Origin: an uncultured Gammaproteobacteria bacterium
GTDB taxonomy: Bacteria > Patescibacteriota > Microgenomatia > Daviesbacterales > UBA10151
Direction: 5' to 3'
NCBI GenBank assembly: GCA_964394855.1
Contig: CAYMZD010000003.1
Span: 22,607-86,606 of the forward strand
DNA length: 64,000 nucleotides
The notes under the pieces were generated by a model. That model saw only the letters and a program-made list of their open reading frames with translations, was not told the origin of the DNA and did not search any database. Shown piece by piece: positions 7,431 through 16,949 of this stretch. Position numbers and translations under genes: made by a program. Position 1 is the first letter of the stretch. The number at the start of each line of letters is the position of its first letter.

Positions 7431-10337
7431 TCAAATTTTAGCAACTTTTAGCTTTTTATTTTTTACAATAGAAACAGAGGTTGTAGATTTTAATATTTGT
7501 TGCTCAAACTCCTTTGGCCAAGCAGGAGCTGCAATTTTGGTCTTATCAATCAAGGTAAGATTTTGTTCTTTTCTAAGTTGCTGTATCTGTCGTATCAGCT
7601 CTCGTGTCTCTCCCTCATCTTTAAGGGATTGAGTAATCTTTATATCCAAGCTAATAACAGGTTCTTTTGATGGAGACTTTTGGTACTCAACTTTTTTAAC
7701 ATTTACTTCATCTGCCAGAATCTGCTCCAGCTTTGGATCTAGTTTTTCATTCCATTTATATGTCAATAATCCCAGTGGCTGTCTTAACTTTATTCCGACT
7801 TCCTTTCTTTTGGCATGGACTGCTTCTGTAATCTTCCTTACCAGAATCATATCTTTGACTAGTTCTTCATTAAGTAGTGATTTACCCCCTTGGGGATAAT
7901 CTTGTAGATGTACTGATTCATCTCCAGTGAGATTTTTATACACTTCTTCGGCAATAAATGGGGTTAATGGAGCCAAAAGCAAACTTGTGGTAACCAATAC
8001 TTCATACATCACCGATAAACAAGTATTTTTATCCTCTTCCTCGGCTTCCGGTCCAACCCTGTCCCTCGATCTTCTAATATACCAAGTTGAAAAATCATTG
8101 ACCACAAAATCTTCCATTGCTCGAGAAGCAGTTGCAGCGTCATATTTTTCCAAGCTTTCATTAACTAGAATAATCAGCGCATTCAATTTAGCCAAAATCC
8201 ATTCATCCAATACAGTCAAACCACTGCCACTTTTTTCACCTTCCCATTTTGCCAAATTAGCATAATCTACAAAAAACTTATAGCAGTTCCAGAAAATTAG
8301 AACAAATCTTTTTCTGACATCATCGATTAGGTTATAACCGAAACGCAAATCTACCCCCGGATTTGCAGAAAGGTAAATCCACCTCATGGCATCAGATCCT
8401 ACTCTATCAAAAGCTTCATCAAGTGAAACAGCATTACCTTTTGAACCATGCATTTCCTCCCCTTTTTCATCCACAACCTTGCCGTGCCCGAATATTCTTT
8501 TAACCGGAACTTCCTCCTCTAGAATTGAACTCATAGCAATCATGGCATAAAACCAAAGTCTTGTTTGTTCATACATCTCTACAGAAAAATCAGGAGGAAA
8601 CCACTCACTCCAATATTTCTTATCTCTATTATAGCTTGGTACTTCACCAGCTTTCGGAGTAATTGTTGAGTAAGGGACAATCCCGGCATCTAACCACGGA
8701 TTACCTACATCAGGTACTCTAATAGCTAAAGAGCCACACTTAGAACATTTTAATTTAATCTGATCAACCCACGGTCTGTGGGGAGAGTGGCCTTCAAATT
8801 CCTCCCAACCTTCTATGGCTTTTTCCTTTAATTCATCAAATCCTCCTACTACCTCAAAGTTGTCACACTTTTCACATTCCCAAATAGGTAAAGCTAATCC
8901 CCAATATCTTTTTTTGGATATCAGCCAGTCGTGTAGATTTTCTAACCAATCGAGTTCCCTCTTTTCTACAAACTTGGGCTGCCATTCCATTTTTCGGGCA
9001 ATCTTGATCATTTTCTGTCTGAAAGTCTCCTTATCTTTAGGATCTTCTTTATCTACAGCAATGTACCATTCATCCACCAATCTCCAAACAAGTTCTGTCT
9101 TGCACCTCCAACAGGCTGGGTATTTATGAGCAAATTTGACAATATCAAATAAAAATTTACCATCCTCGAATTTCCCCAAATAGTTAAAGATTAACTGCGG
9201 TTCATCTTTGGCGTTTTTACCGGAAAATTCTCCTAAATCACTCAAATACTTTGCTTCTTCATCTATCAGCTCTATAACCGGCAGATTTCTTTCCTTACCC
9301 AATGCAAAATCTTCTGTTCCTGCGCCTGGTGCAATATGAACTAATCCTGTTCCTTCCTCTTCAGAAATTGGCAAAATGACAGGATCGGTTGCCACTATTT
9401 GATGTTTAATATTCCCCATAGATTTTTGTACTCTAGGTAGATTATCAAAAGGTGTCTCGTACTCCAGGCCGACAAGTTCTCTACCCTTAATCACTTTTTC
9501 TATCTTAAGACTCAATTTTTTAGCAGAAACCCTACCTAAATAATACCTATTTCCCGCCACTTGACCAGTTACCAGAGCATATTCTAAATTGGGATCTAAG
9601 GCTACAGCTACATTTCCCGGCAAAGTCCATGGGGTAGTTGTCCAAACTAGGAGATATTCATTTTTTCTTCCAACAATTGGGTATTCAATATAAATAGACT
9701 CATGAATTAGTTCTTTGTAATCCTCAGCTGACATTTCATGTTGAGAAATGGCAGTTCCACAACGAGGACACCATGGTACACTGTCGTGGCCTTTATATAA
9801 CCAACCTCGCTGATTAGTATTTTTCAGAAAATTCCAGATCATATAATTATTCTGATCAGAACCTGTATGATAAGAATTATCCCAGTCCATAAATTGTCCC
9901 AACCTTTTTGATTGTTCGGTAATTACATCCCCATATTTTTGAACTCTTTCCTTGCAAAGATTAATGAACTTTTCTAGAGAAGCTAGCTTATCACCTGGAA
10001 CAATATTTTCTATATCCCTTTTATTTTTAAGTCCAAGGGTTTTTTCAACCTCTACTTCTACCCATAACCCTTGTTCGTCATAACCATTTTGAAATCTCTG
10101 TTTATAACCTTTCATGTTATAAAACCTTTGCCACATATCCTTGTAAGTTCTTCCCCAAGCATGGTGTACACCTAAAGGATTATTCGCGGTCTTGGGTCCG
10201 TCAAGAAAAGAAAACTTTTTGCTGGAAGAATTATTTCTATGAAGATATTTTTTTAATATTTTTTGTTTTTCCCAATAATCTAAGAGTTCTCTCTCCAGCC
10301 CTGGAAAATCAACTTTTGCTGAAACTGGTTTGAACAT
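7431..10337 (-). CDS. ileS: Isoleucine--tRNA ligase, type 2 (IleRS2)
   Basis: FLDGP, WTTTPWTLP and GTGLVHIAP editing motifs, DWLISKKRYWG, WYIRRSRDR; no C-terminal Zn finger. Confidence 0.95.
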   Translation of the reverse strand: MFKPVSAKVDFPGLERELLDYWEKQKILKKYLHRNNSSSKKFSFLDGPKTANNPLGVHHAWGRTYKDMWQRFYNMKGYKQRFQNGYDEQGLWVEVEVEKTLGLKNKRDIENIVPGDKLASLEKFINLCKERVQKYGDVITEQSKRLGQFMDWDNSYHTGSDQNNYMIWNFLKNTNQRGWLYKGHDSVPWCPRCGTAISQHEMSAEDYKELIHESIYIEYPIVGRKNEYLLVWTTTPWTLPGNVAVALDPNLEYALVTGQVAGNRYYLGRVSAKKLSLKIEKVIKGRELVGLEYETPFDNLPRVQKSMGNIKHQIVATDPVILPISEEEGTGLVHIAPGAGTEDFALGKERNLPVIELIDEEAKYLSDLGEFSGKNAKDEPQLIFNYLGKFEDGKFLFDIVKFAHKYPACWRCKTELVWRLVDEWYIAVDKEDPKDKETFRQKMIKIARKMEWQPKFVEKRELDWLENLHDWLISKKRYWGLALPIWECEKCDNFEVVGGFDELKEKAIEGWEEFEGHSPHRPWVDQIKLKCSKCGSLAIRVPDVGNPWLDAGIVPYSTITPKAGEVPSYNRDKKYWSEWFPPDFSVEMYEQTRLWFYAMIAMSSILEEEVPVKRIFGHGKVVDEKGEEMHGSKGNAVSLDEAFDRVGSDAMRWIYLSANPGVDLRFGYNLIDDVRKRFVLIFWNCYKFFVDYANLAKWEGEKSGSGLTVLDEWILAKLNALIILVNESLEKYDAATASRAMEDFVVNDFSTWYIRRSRDRVGPEAEEEDKNTCLSVMYEVLVTTSLLLAPLTPFIAEEVYKNLTGDESVHLQDYPQGGKSLLNEELVKDMILVRKITEAVHAKRKEVGIKLRQPLGLLTYKWNEKLDPKLEQILADEVNVKKVEYQKSPSKEPVISLDIKITQSLKDEGETRELIRQIQQLRKEQNLTLIDKTKIAAPAWPKEFEQQILKSTTSVSIVKNKKLKVAKI

Positions 10338-10372
10338 AATGAGAATATTTTAACAGAATATTTTTTCTCTAG

Positions 10373-11512
10373 CTAGCGGTCACGCAAAAAGGCGGGGATT
10401 TCCAATTTATCAGCCTCTGAAAGTTCTTCCTCTCCTTTTACCTCCAACTGTTCTGAAGGAGGTTCTTCTTCCTTTTTAGTATCGTCCCAATCTTGTGGCT
10501 GCTGTGTCAAAGATGCCGAACCCATGCCCGCTCCTACATATTCCCGCAACCTTCTTCTTGATTCATCAAAACCAGTGGCAATAACAGATATCTTGACCTG
10601 ATCCAACTGATCATCTTTGATAGTGGCCCCAAAGATAATGTTAGCATCAGGATCAGCAGCTTGAGCTATAATTTGAGCAGCATCATTAACTTCGTTCATA
10701 CCCAAATCTGGACCACCCACAATATTAAAAAGTACACCTTTTGCTCCCTCAATTGAAACCTCAAGGAGCGGAGAAGCAATTGCCATACGAGCGGCAGCGG
10801 CCGCTCTATTTTCTCCACCGGCCACTCCAATACCCATTAAAGCTGAACCGGCATTATTCATAATCGTTTTCACATCAGCAAAATCGACATTGATTAAACC
10901 GGGCATGGTTATCAGATCAGAAATGCCCTGTACCCCTTGACCCAAAACAGAGTCAGCCAATTTAAAAGCCTCCTGAAGCGTCATATTTTTATCAACTACT
11001 TCTAGCAGTCTTTGGTTGGGAATAACAATCAAGGCATCAACCTTGTCTTTTAATTTCTCTATTCCCTCTTCAGCCACTATTAATCTTCTGGTGCCCTCAA
11101 AAGAAAAAGGCTTGGTGACAACAGCTACTGTTAGAGCTCCTATACTTTGGGAGATTTGGGCCAAAGTAGGTGCTGCTCCAGTACCAGTTCCACCACCCAT
11201 GCCGGCTGTGATAAACACCATATCTGCATCCTGTAGAACATCTTGCAGTTTTTGCATTGATTCTGCAGCTGCTTCCTCACCAATACTAGGATCACCACCA
11301 GAACCAAGTCCTCTAGTTAAACTTTCACCAATTTGTACCTTAGTGGGACTTTGATTTGTTAGCAATGCTTGAGCGTCTGTATTAACTGCCACAAATTCCA
11401 CACTTTGCATTTGCTGAACGGAGATCATTGAAGAAAGAGTATTCCCACCGCCACCCCCTAACCCCACTACCTTTATCTTGGCAAATCTTTGAACATCAGG
11501 TTTTATAAGCAT
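10373..11512 (-). CDS. ftsZ: Cell division protein FtsZ
   Basis: GLGGGG, NTDAQAL, GGGTGTG, INVDFAD and C-terminal EIPAFLR. Confidence 0.98.
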   Translation of the reverse strand: MLIKPDVQRFAKIKVVGLGGGGGNTLSSMISVQQMQSVEFVAVNTDAQALLTNQSPTKVQIGESLTRGLGSGGDPSIGEEAAAESMQKLQDVLQDADMVFITAGMGGGTGTGAAPTLAQISQSIGALTVAVVTKPFSFEGTRRLIVAEEGIEKLKDKVDALIVIPNQRLLEVVDKNMTLQEAFKLADSVLGQGVQGISDLITMPGLINVDFADVKTIMNNAGSALMGIGVAGGENRAAAAARMAIASPLLEVSIEGAKGVLFNIVGGPDLGMNEVNDAAQIIAQAADPDANIIFGATIKDDQLDQVKISVIATGFDESRRRLREYVGAGMGSASLTQQPQDWDDTKKEEEPPSEQLEVKGEEELSEADKLEIPAFLRDR

Positions 11513-11595
11513 AAATTTTTCCTAAATTTAAGCTTGAAAACTCTGTTTTTCAAGCGGTGCTTTCAAACTTCGTTTATAAGCATAAATTTTTCCTA
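11502..11595. repeat. 23-bp direct repeat (ftsZ RBS plus first codons) flanking a hairpin
   Basis: TTTATAAGCATAAATTTTTCCTA at 11502-11524 and 11573-11595; inverted repeat GCTTGAAAA/TTTTCAAGC at 11532-11555. Confidence 0.9.
11563..11583 (-). other. Putative uORF MLINEV* in the ftsZ leader
   Basis: ATG CTT ATA AAC GAA GTT TGA preceded by the same AGGAAAAATTT as ftsZ. Confidence 0.45.
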
Positions 11596-11611
11596 TCCCA
11601 TACTCTGGACG

Positions 11612-11640
11612 ATTCTATCATACATTTACTGTTTACTCAA
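11612..11640 (-). promoter_or_regulatory. Internal promoter for ftsZ
   Basis: TTGAGT-17 bp-TAGAAT with extended TGn. Confidence 0.6.
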
Positions 11641-11659
11641 GACGCAATCTTTTCTTTAG

Positions 11660-12940
11660 TTAAGGAAGCAGTGACTTAACCCAATCAATACCTTTTTGTA
11701 TCACGGATTTTAAAGGCAGACTTCTTACTAACATTGGTATTTTTAACTCTTTCCCTGAAGCTCCGCTGCTACCATAAAGAATCAAACCTGCTGCTGTAGC
11801 AAAACTAGGGGAATCAATCTCATCAACCAATCCAGATAATCCTACTGCATTGCCTATTCTAGCAGGAAAACCAATCACATATTTTGCTTGATCTAACAAA
11901 CCGACAGTCAGAGCACCCCCTCCGCAAATTACCAACCCAGAAGGGATCTGTGCCCCAAATCCACTTTTTTTAATCTCCTTTAAAACAAACTTAAATATTT
12001 CTTGCAACCTTGGTCTAATAACACCTTCAACAGCAGCTTTGGTAGAAATTTTTTGAATATCTTCAATGATACCAAGAGCTTTGACTTCAATGATATTTTC
12101 TTCCTTTTTCTTTTGGGAATCAGACTCCTCACTTAAAACCGCACTTTTAATCTGTTTACTAAGGTGTACTTTTATTTTTTCTGCTGATTCCAAGGACACT
12201 CGGAGCCCTACTGCCAAATCAGAAGTGACATGCCTAGCTCCTATGGGTATCACCGCAGAGTAGGCCACTGAACCATCAACATATATCACCACATCTGTTG
12301 TTTCCCCACCAATATCTACTAACACCACCCCCAACTCTTTTTCCGTATCAGTCAAAACAGCCAGAGACGAAGCCACCCCAGCAGACACTAGTTCAGTTAC
12401 ATCTATACCAACTTCAGAAACCACTTTTACTAAATTCCTCATGGCAGTACTGGAACCAGTAATTATATGTGTATCTGTTTCCAGTCTCACGCCCGTCATA
12501 CCAATTGGATCTCGGATACCTTCTTGACCATCAACAGTAAAAGTGCGCGGGATAACATGTAATATTTCTCGAGAAGAAGGCAGCGGTAATGCTCTGGCAG
12601 CCTCATTCACCCTTAAAACATCACTTTCTTTTATCTCTCCCTCTGGTTCAGAAACCGCCACCACCGCATGTTGATTAATGCTTTCAATTTGCGGGCCTCC
12701 CAGTGACACAAAAGCGGAAGAGATCGAATACCCCGCCATTCTTTCAGCAGCTTCAACAGATTCTGTGATTGCTTCAACAACCTCTTCAATATCAACCACC
12801 TGGCCCTTCCTAACTCCCTTGGAGGAAGTGGCAGAAACACCAATAAGATTTATTTTGCCATCTTCTTCAATATTGGCTATGAGAGTGGCTATCTTAGATG
12901 AACCTACATCTATTCCACAAACTACTTTATCCCTGGCCAC
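11660..12940 (-). CDS. ftsA: Cell division protein FtsA
   Basis: GIDVGSSKI, DPIGMTGVRLE, VDIGGETT, GLVICGGGA; strong SD (AAGGAGG) upstream of the GTG. Confidence 0.97.
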   Translation of the reverse strand: MARDKVVCGIDVGSSKIATLIANIEEDGKINLIGVSATSSKGVRKGQVVDIEEVVEAITESVEAAERMAGYSISSAFVSLGGPQIESINQHAVVAVSEPEGEIKESDVLRVNEAARALPLPSSREILHVIPRTFTVDGQEGIRDPIGMTGVRLETDTHIITGSSTAMRNLVKVVSEVGIDVTELVSAGVASSLAVLTDTEKELGVVLVDIGGETTDVVIYVDGSVAYSAVIPIGARHVTSDLAVGLRVSLESAEKIKVHLSKQIKSAVLSEESDSQKKKEENIIEVKALGIIEDIQKISTKAAVEGVIRPRLQEIFKFVLKEIKKSGFGAQIPSGLVICGGGALTVGLLDQAKYVIGFPARIGNAVGLSGLVDEIDSPSFATAAGLILYGSSGASGKELKIPMLVRSLPLKSVIQKGIDWVKSLLP

Positions 12941-12968
12941 TTATCTTAAACCCTCCTTTTTTGTAAAT

Positions 12969-13718
12969 TTATTTAGCAACATATTTAATAATAGGTCTGC
13001 TGTAGCGCAGATCTATAAACTCCACTTCTTCTTTTATTTTAGCTTCTGTAAGGATCAGTTGTAAAGATGCCAGTTGAAAATCCGGGGACGCTTCGAGAGA
13101 AAAGTATATTTTGGGGTTTGCATCAATAAATAGCATCGTTTGTGAGTAAATTTTGGCTTCTTTAATTTCCATACCCATCCTTTTCAGCTTATTTAAAATA
13201 TTGATGGCGTTTTTCACAACCCCTTCATCTAATTTAGACCCTAAAGTTAAATCCTGTGCTGTCAAGTAAATTTTTGGCACACTGATATTTGGTAAATTTT
13301 TAGAAAAAATAATGCCATCCTCGTCAACCACCAAACCGGCTGCAGAAGAGCTCTCCTCTGATTTTGAGATGATTAGTAGAGCCTGGGGAGTGCGAGTATT
13401 TGCATCAATAATTAAACCATTGGGAGGTTTTCTAGAAAGTTTCACCTCCTTTAAACATAAAAACTTTTGCCTAAGATTACTTCTCATGGCTCCTATATCA
13501 ACAAAGAAAATGTTTTTACCTGCAGCCTCTGATATTTTTTTTATATCCTCCTCACTCGTACAATCTTTTTTATCCAAATTTACCTGAATATTTTTAATTT
13601 CAAAAAATTTTGAATCGAAGAATAAATAACCATCAATAATTAAAAATAAAATTACTAGAGAGAGGCTTAATCTCCATAAATTGGAAAGCAGCTGATTGCT
13701 TTTTCTTTTTTTCACCAT
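12969..13718 (-). CDS. ftsQ: FtsQ/DivIB-like cell division protein
   Basis: N-terminal TM, POTRA-like region and C-terminal FIDLRY; lies between murG and ftsA. Confidence 0.8.
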   Translation of the reverse strand: MVKKRKSNQLLSNLWRLSLSLVILFLIIDGYLFFDSKFFEIKNIQVNLDKKDCTSEEDIKKISEAAGKNIFFVDIGAMRSNLRQKFLCLKEVKLSRKPPNGLIIDANTRTPQALLIISKSEESSSAAGLVVDEDGIIFSKNLPNISVPKIYLTAQDLTLGSKLDEGVVKNAINILNKLKRMGMEIKEAKIYSQTMLFIDANPKIYFSLEASPDFQLASLQLILTEAKIKEEVEFIDLRYSRPIIKYVAK

Positions 13719-13745
13719 AGCTTAATTATATAATATGTCTTATGG

Positions 13746-14828
13746 CTAAAAGGTGTGGTCTTTTAAGATGATGGTCTCCAGGGCCAGTCTTTTGGCAGCA
13801 TCAGGGATAATCAACTTTTTGGCCGCTTTAGCAGCCGATTTATATTGATCTAAATTTTTAATCATGTCTTGGATATTTTTATAAAGTGTCTCCGGAGAAA
13901 GTTTGGATTGAGGCAAAACTTTGACCATACCAATCGCTTTAAAAAAAAGAGCATTTTTTTGTTGTTCATCTTGATAAAGATAAGGTACTGGTATTAAAAG
14001 TGCTGGTTTCTCCAGAAAGGCTAGTTCAGTCAGAGTGTTAATACCAGCTCTAGATACCACTAAATCAGATTGAACCATTACTTGACCCATCTCTTCAATA
14101 AATTTTTTTACTTCATACTTATCACAGGATCTGGCTTTTAATCTTTCAAAATCCTTAAATTTTGAATCTCCAGTTAGATGAATAATTGTGGCGATTTTGG
14201 TCAGCTTCTCCAGGCTTTCTTCAACTGCCAAATTAATCACATGGGAGCCCTGATTACCACCGGTAATTAAAATACGGGGCAACCCCCCTTTCTCTCGCAT
14301 CATGCTCGCAGCCTGTTTGATCTCACCTCGTATCGGATTACCAGTCAACACTACTTTCTCCTTGCCAAAAGATTTATTTTCACTAAATGCAATAGCTACC
14401 TTATCCGCAAAAAAACTACTTATTTTATTGGCCAACCCCGACACCAAAGTTTGATCGTGAATGATAATAGGGATGGAAAAAAACCAACTCACCACTACTA
14501 TTGGTACTGCCACATAGCCTCCGAAAGATAACACCACATCGGGTTTCTCCTGTAAAATTATCCACCAAGCTTGAACCAAACCAATGGGAATTTTAAGAAG
14601 TGCGGGGATAGTATAGATGGTGAACGTTCTCTGCAGTCTACCTGCTATAATGGGGATAAACTTTACCCCCAGTTTTGGTAAAACCTGTGATTCAACAGAT
14701 TGACTAGGGTCACCTTCACGGGTAGTTTTTCTCCCCACATAGATAATTTGTAGATTTTTATACTTCTTGAGCTCTTCAATAACTGCCAAAGCAGTAGTAA
14801 AATGAGCTCCTGTCATTAGTATTTTCAT
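13746..14828 (-). CDS. murG: MurG lipid I GlcNAc transferase
   Basis: SFGGYVAVP, TGNPIR, GGNQGS, SRAG.NT..E and Q..NA. Start moved to ATG 14828. Confidence 0.92.
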   Translation of the reverse strand: MKILMTGAHFTTALAVIEELKKYKNLQIIYVGRKTTREGDPSQSVESQVLPKLGVKFIPIIAGRLQRTFTIYTIPALLKIPIGLVQAWWIILQEKPDVVLSFGGYVAVPIVVVSWFFSIPIIIHDQTLVSGLANKISSFFADKVAIAFSENKSFGKEKVVLTGNPIRGEIKQAASMMREKGGLPRILITGGNQGSHVINLAVEESLEKLTKIATIIHLTGDSKFKDFERLKARSCDKYEVKKFIEEMGQVMVQSDLVVSRAGINTLTELAFLEKPALLIPVPYLYQDEQQKNALFFKAIGMVKVLPQSKLSPETLYKNIQDMIKNLDQYKSAAKAAKKLIIPDAAKRLALETIILKDHTF

Positions 14829-14829
14829 C

Positions 14830-15921
14830 TTATGTTTGTTTCGAGATGTTAAATAATATCCCAATTGCAGCCAAATTTACCACCAGAGCAGAACCACCAT
14901 AGGAGATAAATGGTAGGGGAACACCTGTCAAGGGTAAGAGGGAGGAGATAGCCCCCAGATTAACTATGGCCTGTATCCCCAGCCACAGAGTTAATCCCGA
15001 AGCTAAAATTTTACCAAATTGATCAGTGGTCTTGTCTGCTATTTTAAAACCTCTAATGACAAGAGCAATAAAAAGAGCAATTAAGAGCATAGAACCTAAA
15101 AATCCCAGCTCTTCTCCAATTACAGCAAAAATCGAATCAGTTGTGACTTCGGGAAGATAATATTTTTGTCTAGACTGTCCCAATCCCAGTCCAAAAAGTC
15201 CACCTGTACCAAGGGCAATTAAAATCTGTGAAATATGGTAGGAAAATCCTTGTGGATCTGAAAAAGGGTCTAAAAAAGCCAAGACTCTTTTTCTGCGATA
15301 TTCTGAAAAAATTACCAGTAATAAAAAAGCTGCCACAGCTACTGGCAAGCTTAAAACTATCCTCCATAGTGATCCTCCTGCAATAATATATAAGCCCAAT
15401 GAAGTAGCCACAAAGACAGCAGTCGAACCCAAATCTTTTTGCAAAAAGCCCATGATAAATCCGACTATTAAAATCAGTCCCAACAAAGGTTTAAGCCTGG
15501 CTCCTTTATCAAAAATAGCCGAAAGCCAAAGCACAGCTGATAATTTAAAAACCTCTGCTGGTTGAATAGTCAAAAAATTAAGATTCAACCATCTGTGAGC
15601 TCCTCCCGCTGATGTACCTATTCCCGGTATAAAAACCGCCAGAAGAAGCAGTACTGAACCTGCTAATGCCAAAAAAGAAATACTTCTTAATTTATGGTAA
15701 TCAAAATTGGCAAAAAAAATTGCCACCAACACCCCCAAAACCATCCAAATGAGCTGCCATCTAATGTAGTAAAAACTATCACCAAAATCCCGATAAGCTT
15801 GTATAACAGAAGCATCATAAACAGATACCAAACCAAAAATGACCAACATGGAAACTACGAGGATAAGCGGGATATCAAAAGTTCTCTTTTGTGGATTTAG
15901 GTACGTTTTATTGAGCCTCAT
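14830..15921 (-). CDS. ftsW: SEDS protein FtsW
   Basis: GAHRW, QPAE, QKDLGS, YLPEVTTDSIF, GVPLPFISYGGS; dcw position; ATGA overlap with the mraY stop. Confidence 0.93.
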   Translation of the reverse strand: MRLNKTYLNPQKRTFDIPLILVVSMLVIFGLVSVYDASVIQAYRDFGDSFYYIRWQLIWMVLGVLVAIFFANFDYHKLRSISFLALAGSVLLLLAVFIPGIGTSAGGAHRWLNLNFLTIQPAEVFKLSAVLWLSAIFDKGARLKPLLGLILIVGFIMGFLQKDLGSTAVFVATSLGLYIIAGGSLWRIVLSLPVAVAAFLLLVIFSEYRRKRVLAFLDPFSDPQGFSYHISQILIALGTGGLFGLGLGQSRQKYYLPEVTTDSIFAVIGEELGFLGSMLLIALFIALVIRGFKIADKTTDQFGKILASGLTLWLGIQAIVNLGAISSLLPLTGVPLPFISYGGSALVVNLAAIGILFNISKQT

Positions 15922-16949
15922 CGCGAAAGTAAAGCTAACCAGAGCCCAAAAATAGCAAACATTGCTCCAGCCAACCAAAATCTGGTTACTATTTTTGGTT
16001 CTTCCCACCCGATATATTTAAAATACATATGTATTGGGGCTACAGGGAAAGCTTTTCTCCTCAAAAATCTTTTGGAAATCATCTGGATGGCAGAACTTAA
16101 GACAATTATGACATAAACTCCACCAATAATTGTCAATGCTAAAACTTTACCTGTTAAAAGTCCCACCACGGCCAGTGTAGCCCCAAAGGCTAAAGCACCA
16201 GCGTCTCCCAAATAGATTCTGGCTGGCCACACATTAAAATAAAGATAAGCAAATAAAGCTCCAATCCAGATACCAATAAAACTAGCCAGTGTTAAATTAA
16301 GTGAAGTTGTCGCCAGAGCAAGTAGAGCAAATAGACAAATAACTAAAAGCCCAGTTGATAATCCATCTAAACCATCAGAGATATTATAGGCATTGGAGAA
16401 GGAGACAATGATAAATGCTGCTATCGGAATATACCAAACCCCAATAATAAAATTTCCCAAACCAGATATATAAATATTATTAAGTCCAATCATTCTATAA
16501 AGCATAAATGCCACCAAAAAAGCAAAAATTATCTGCAAGATTAGGATAAACCTTCCTTTTATCCCCGCATATTTTCCACTAAAAGCTGTAAAGATTTTTC
16601 TGATATCATCCATCAGTCCTATGATAGCAAATGAAATAAAAGTGAATAAGATAATAAATAAATAGTCCGGACCGTCTAAACTATTATAACTATAAAAAGA
16701 AGTATTGATGATAGTTAAAATAGTAATAAGTATTATTAGTAGTATTCCTCCTCCCACTGGAGTATCCACGTCTTTCCCAGCTAGCAGCTTATTATGAATA
16801 GGGGTGGTGCTGTCATCATAGCCTTTGGGAATTGGTTTTTTATACTTCCTTCTTAAAATAAAAAGCAAATTAATAAAAGGAACCATAAAAAAACTGGTCA
16901 CCAAAAAAGAAAGCAGAACCAGTCCTAAAAGTTGACTTAATGGATTCAT
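15918..16949 (-). CDS. mraY: Phospho-N-acetylmuramoyl-pentapeptide transferase MraY (divergent)
   Basis: GLMDD, NAYNISDGLDGL, YLGDAGAL and APIH...GWEEPKIVTRFW. Confidence 0.88.
   Translation of the reverse strand: MNPLSQLLGLVLLSFLVTSFFMVPFINLLFILRRKYKKPIPKGYDDSTTPIHNKLLAGKDVDTPVGGGILLIILITILTIINTSFYSYNSLDGPDYLFIILFTFISFAIIGLMDDIRKIFTAFSGKYAGIKGRFILILQIIFAFLVAFMLYRMIGLNNIYISGLGNFIIGVWYIPIAAFIIVSFSNAYNISDGLDGLSTGLLVICLFALLALATTSLNLTLASFIGIWIGALFAYLYFNVWPARIYLGDAGALAFGATLAVVGLLTGKVLALTIIGGVYVIIVLSSAIQMISKRFLRRKAFPVAPIHMYFKYIGWEEPKIVTRFWLAGAMFAIFGLWLALLSR

Noticed and set aside
11502-11595. Repeat-spacer-repeat as a mini-CRISPR
   Set aside because: Only two copies, the repeat is the ftsZ RBS/start, and there are no cas genes.
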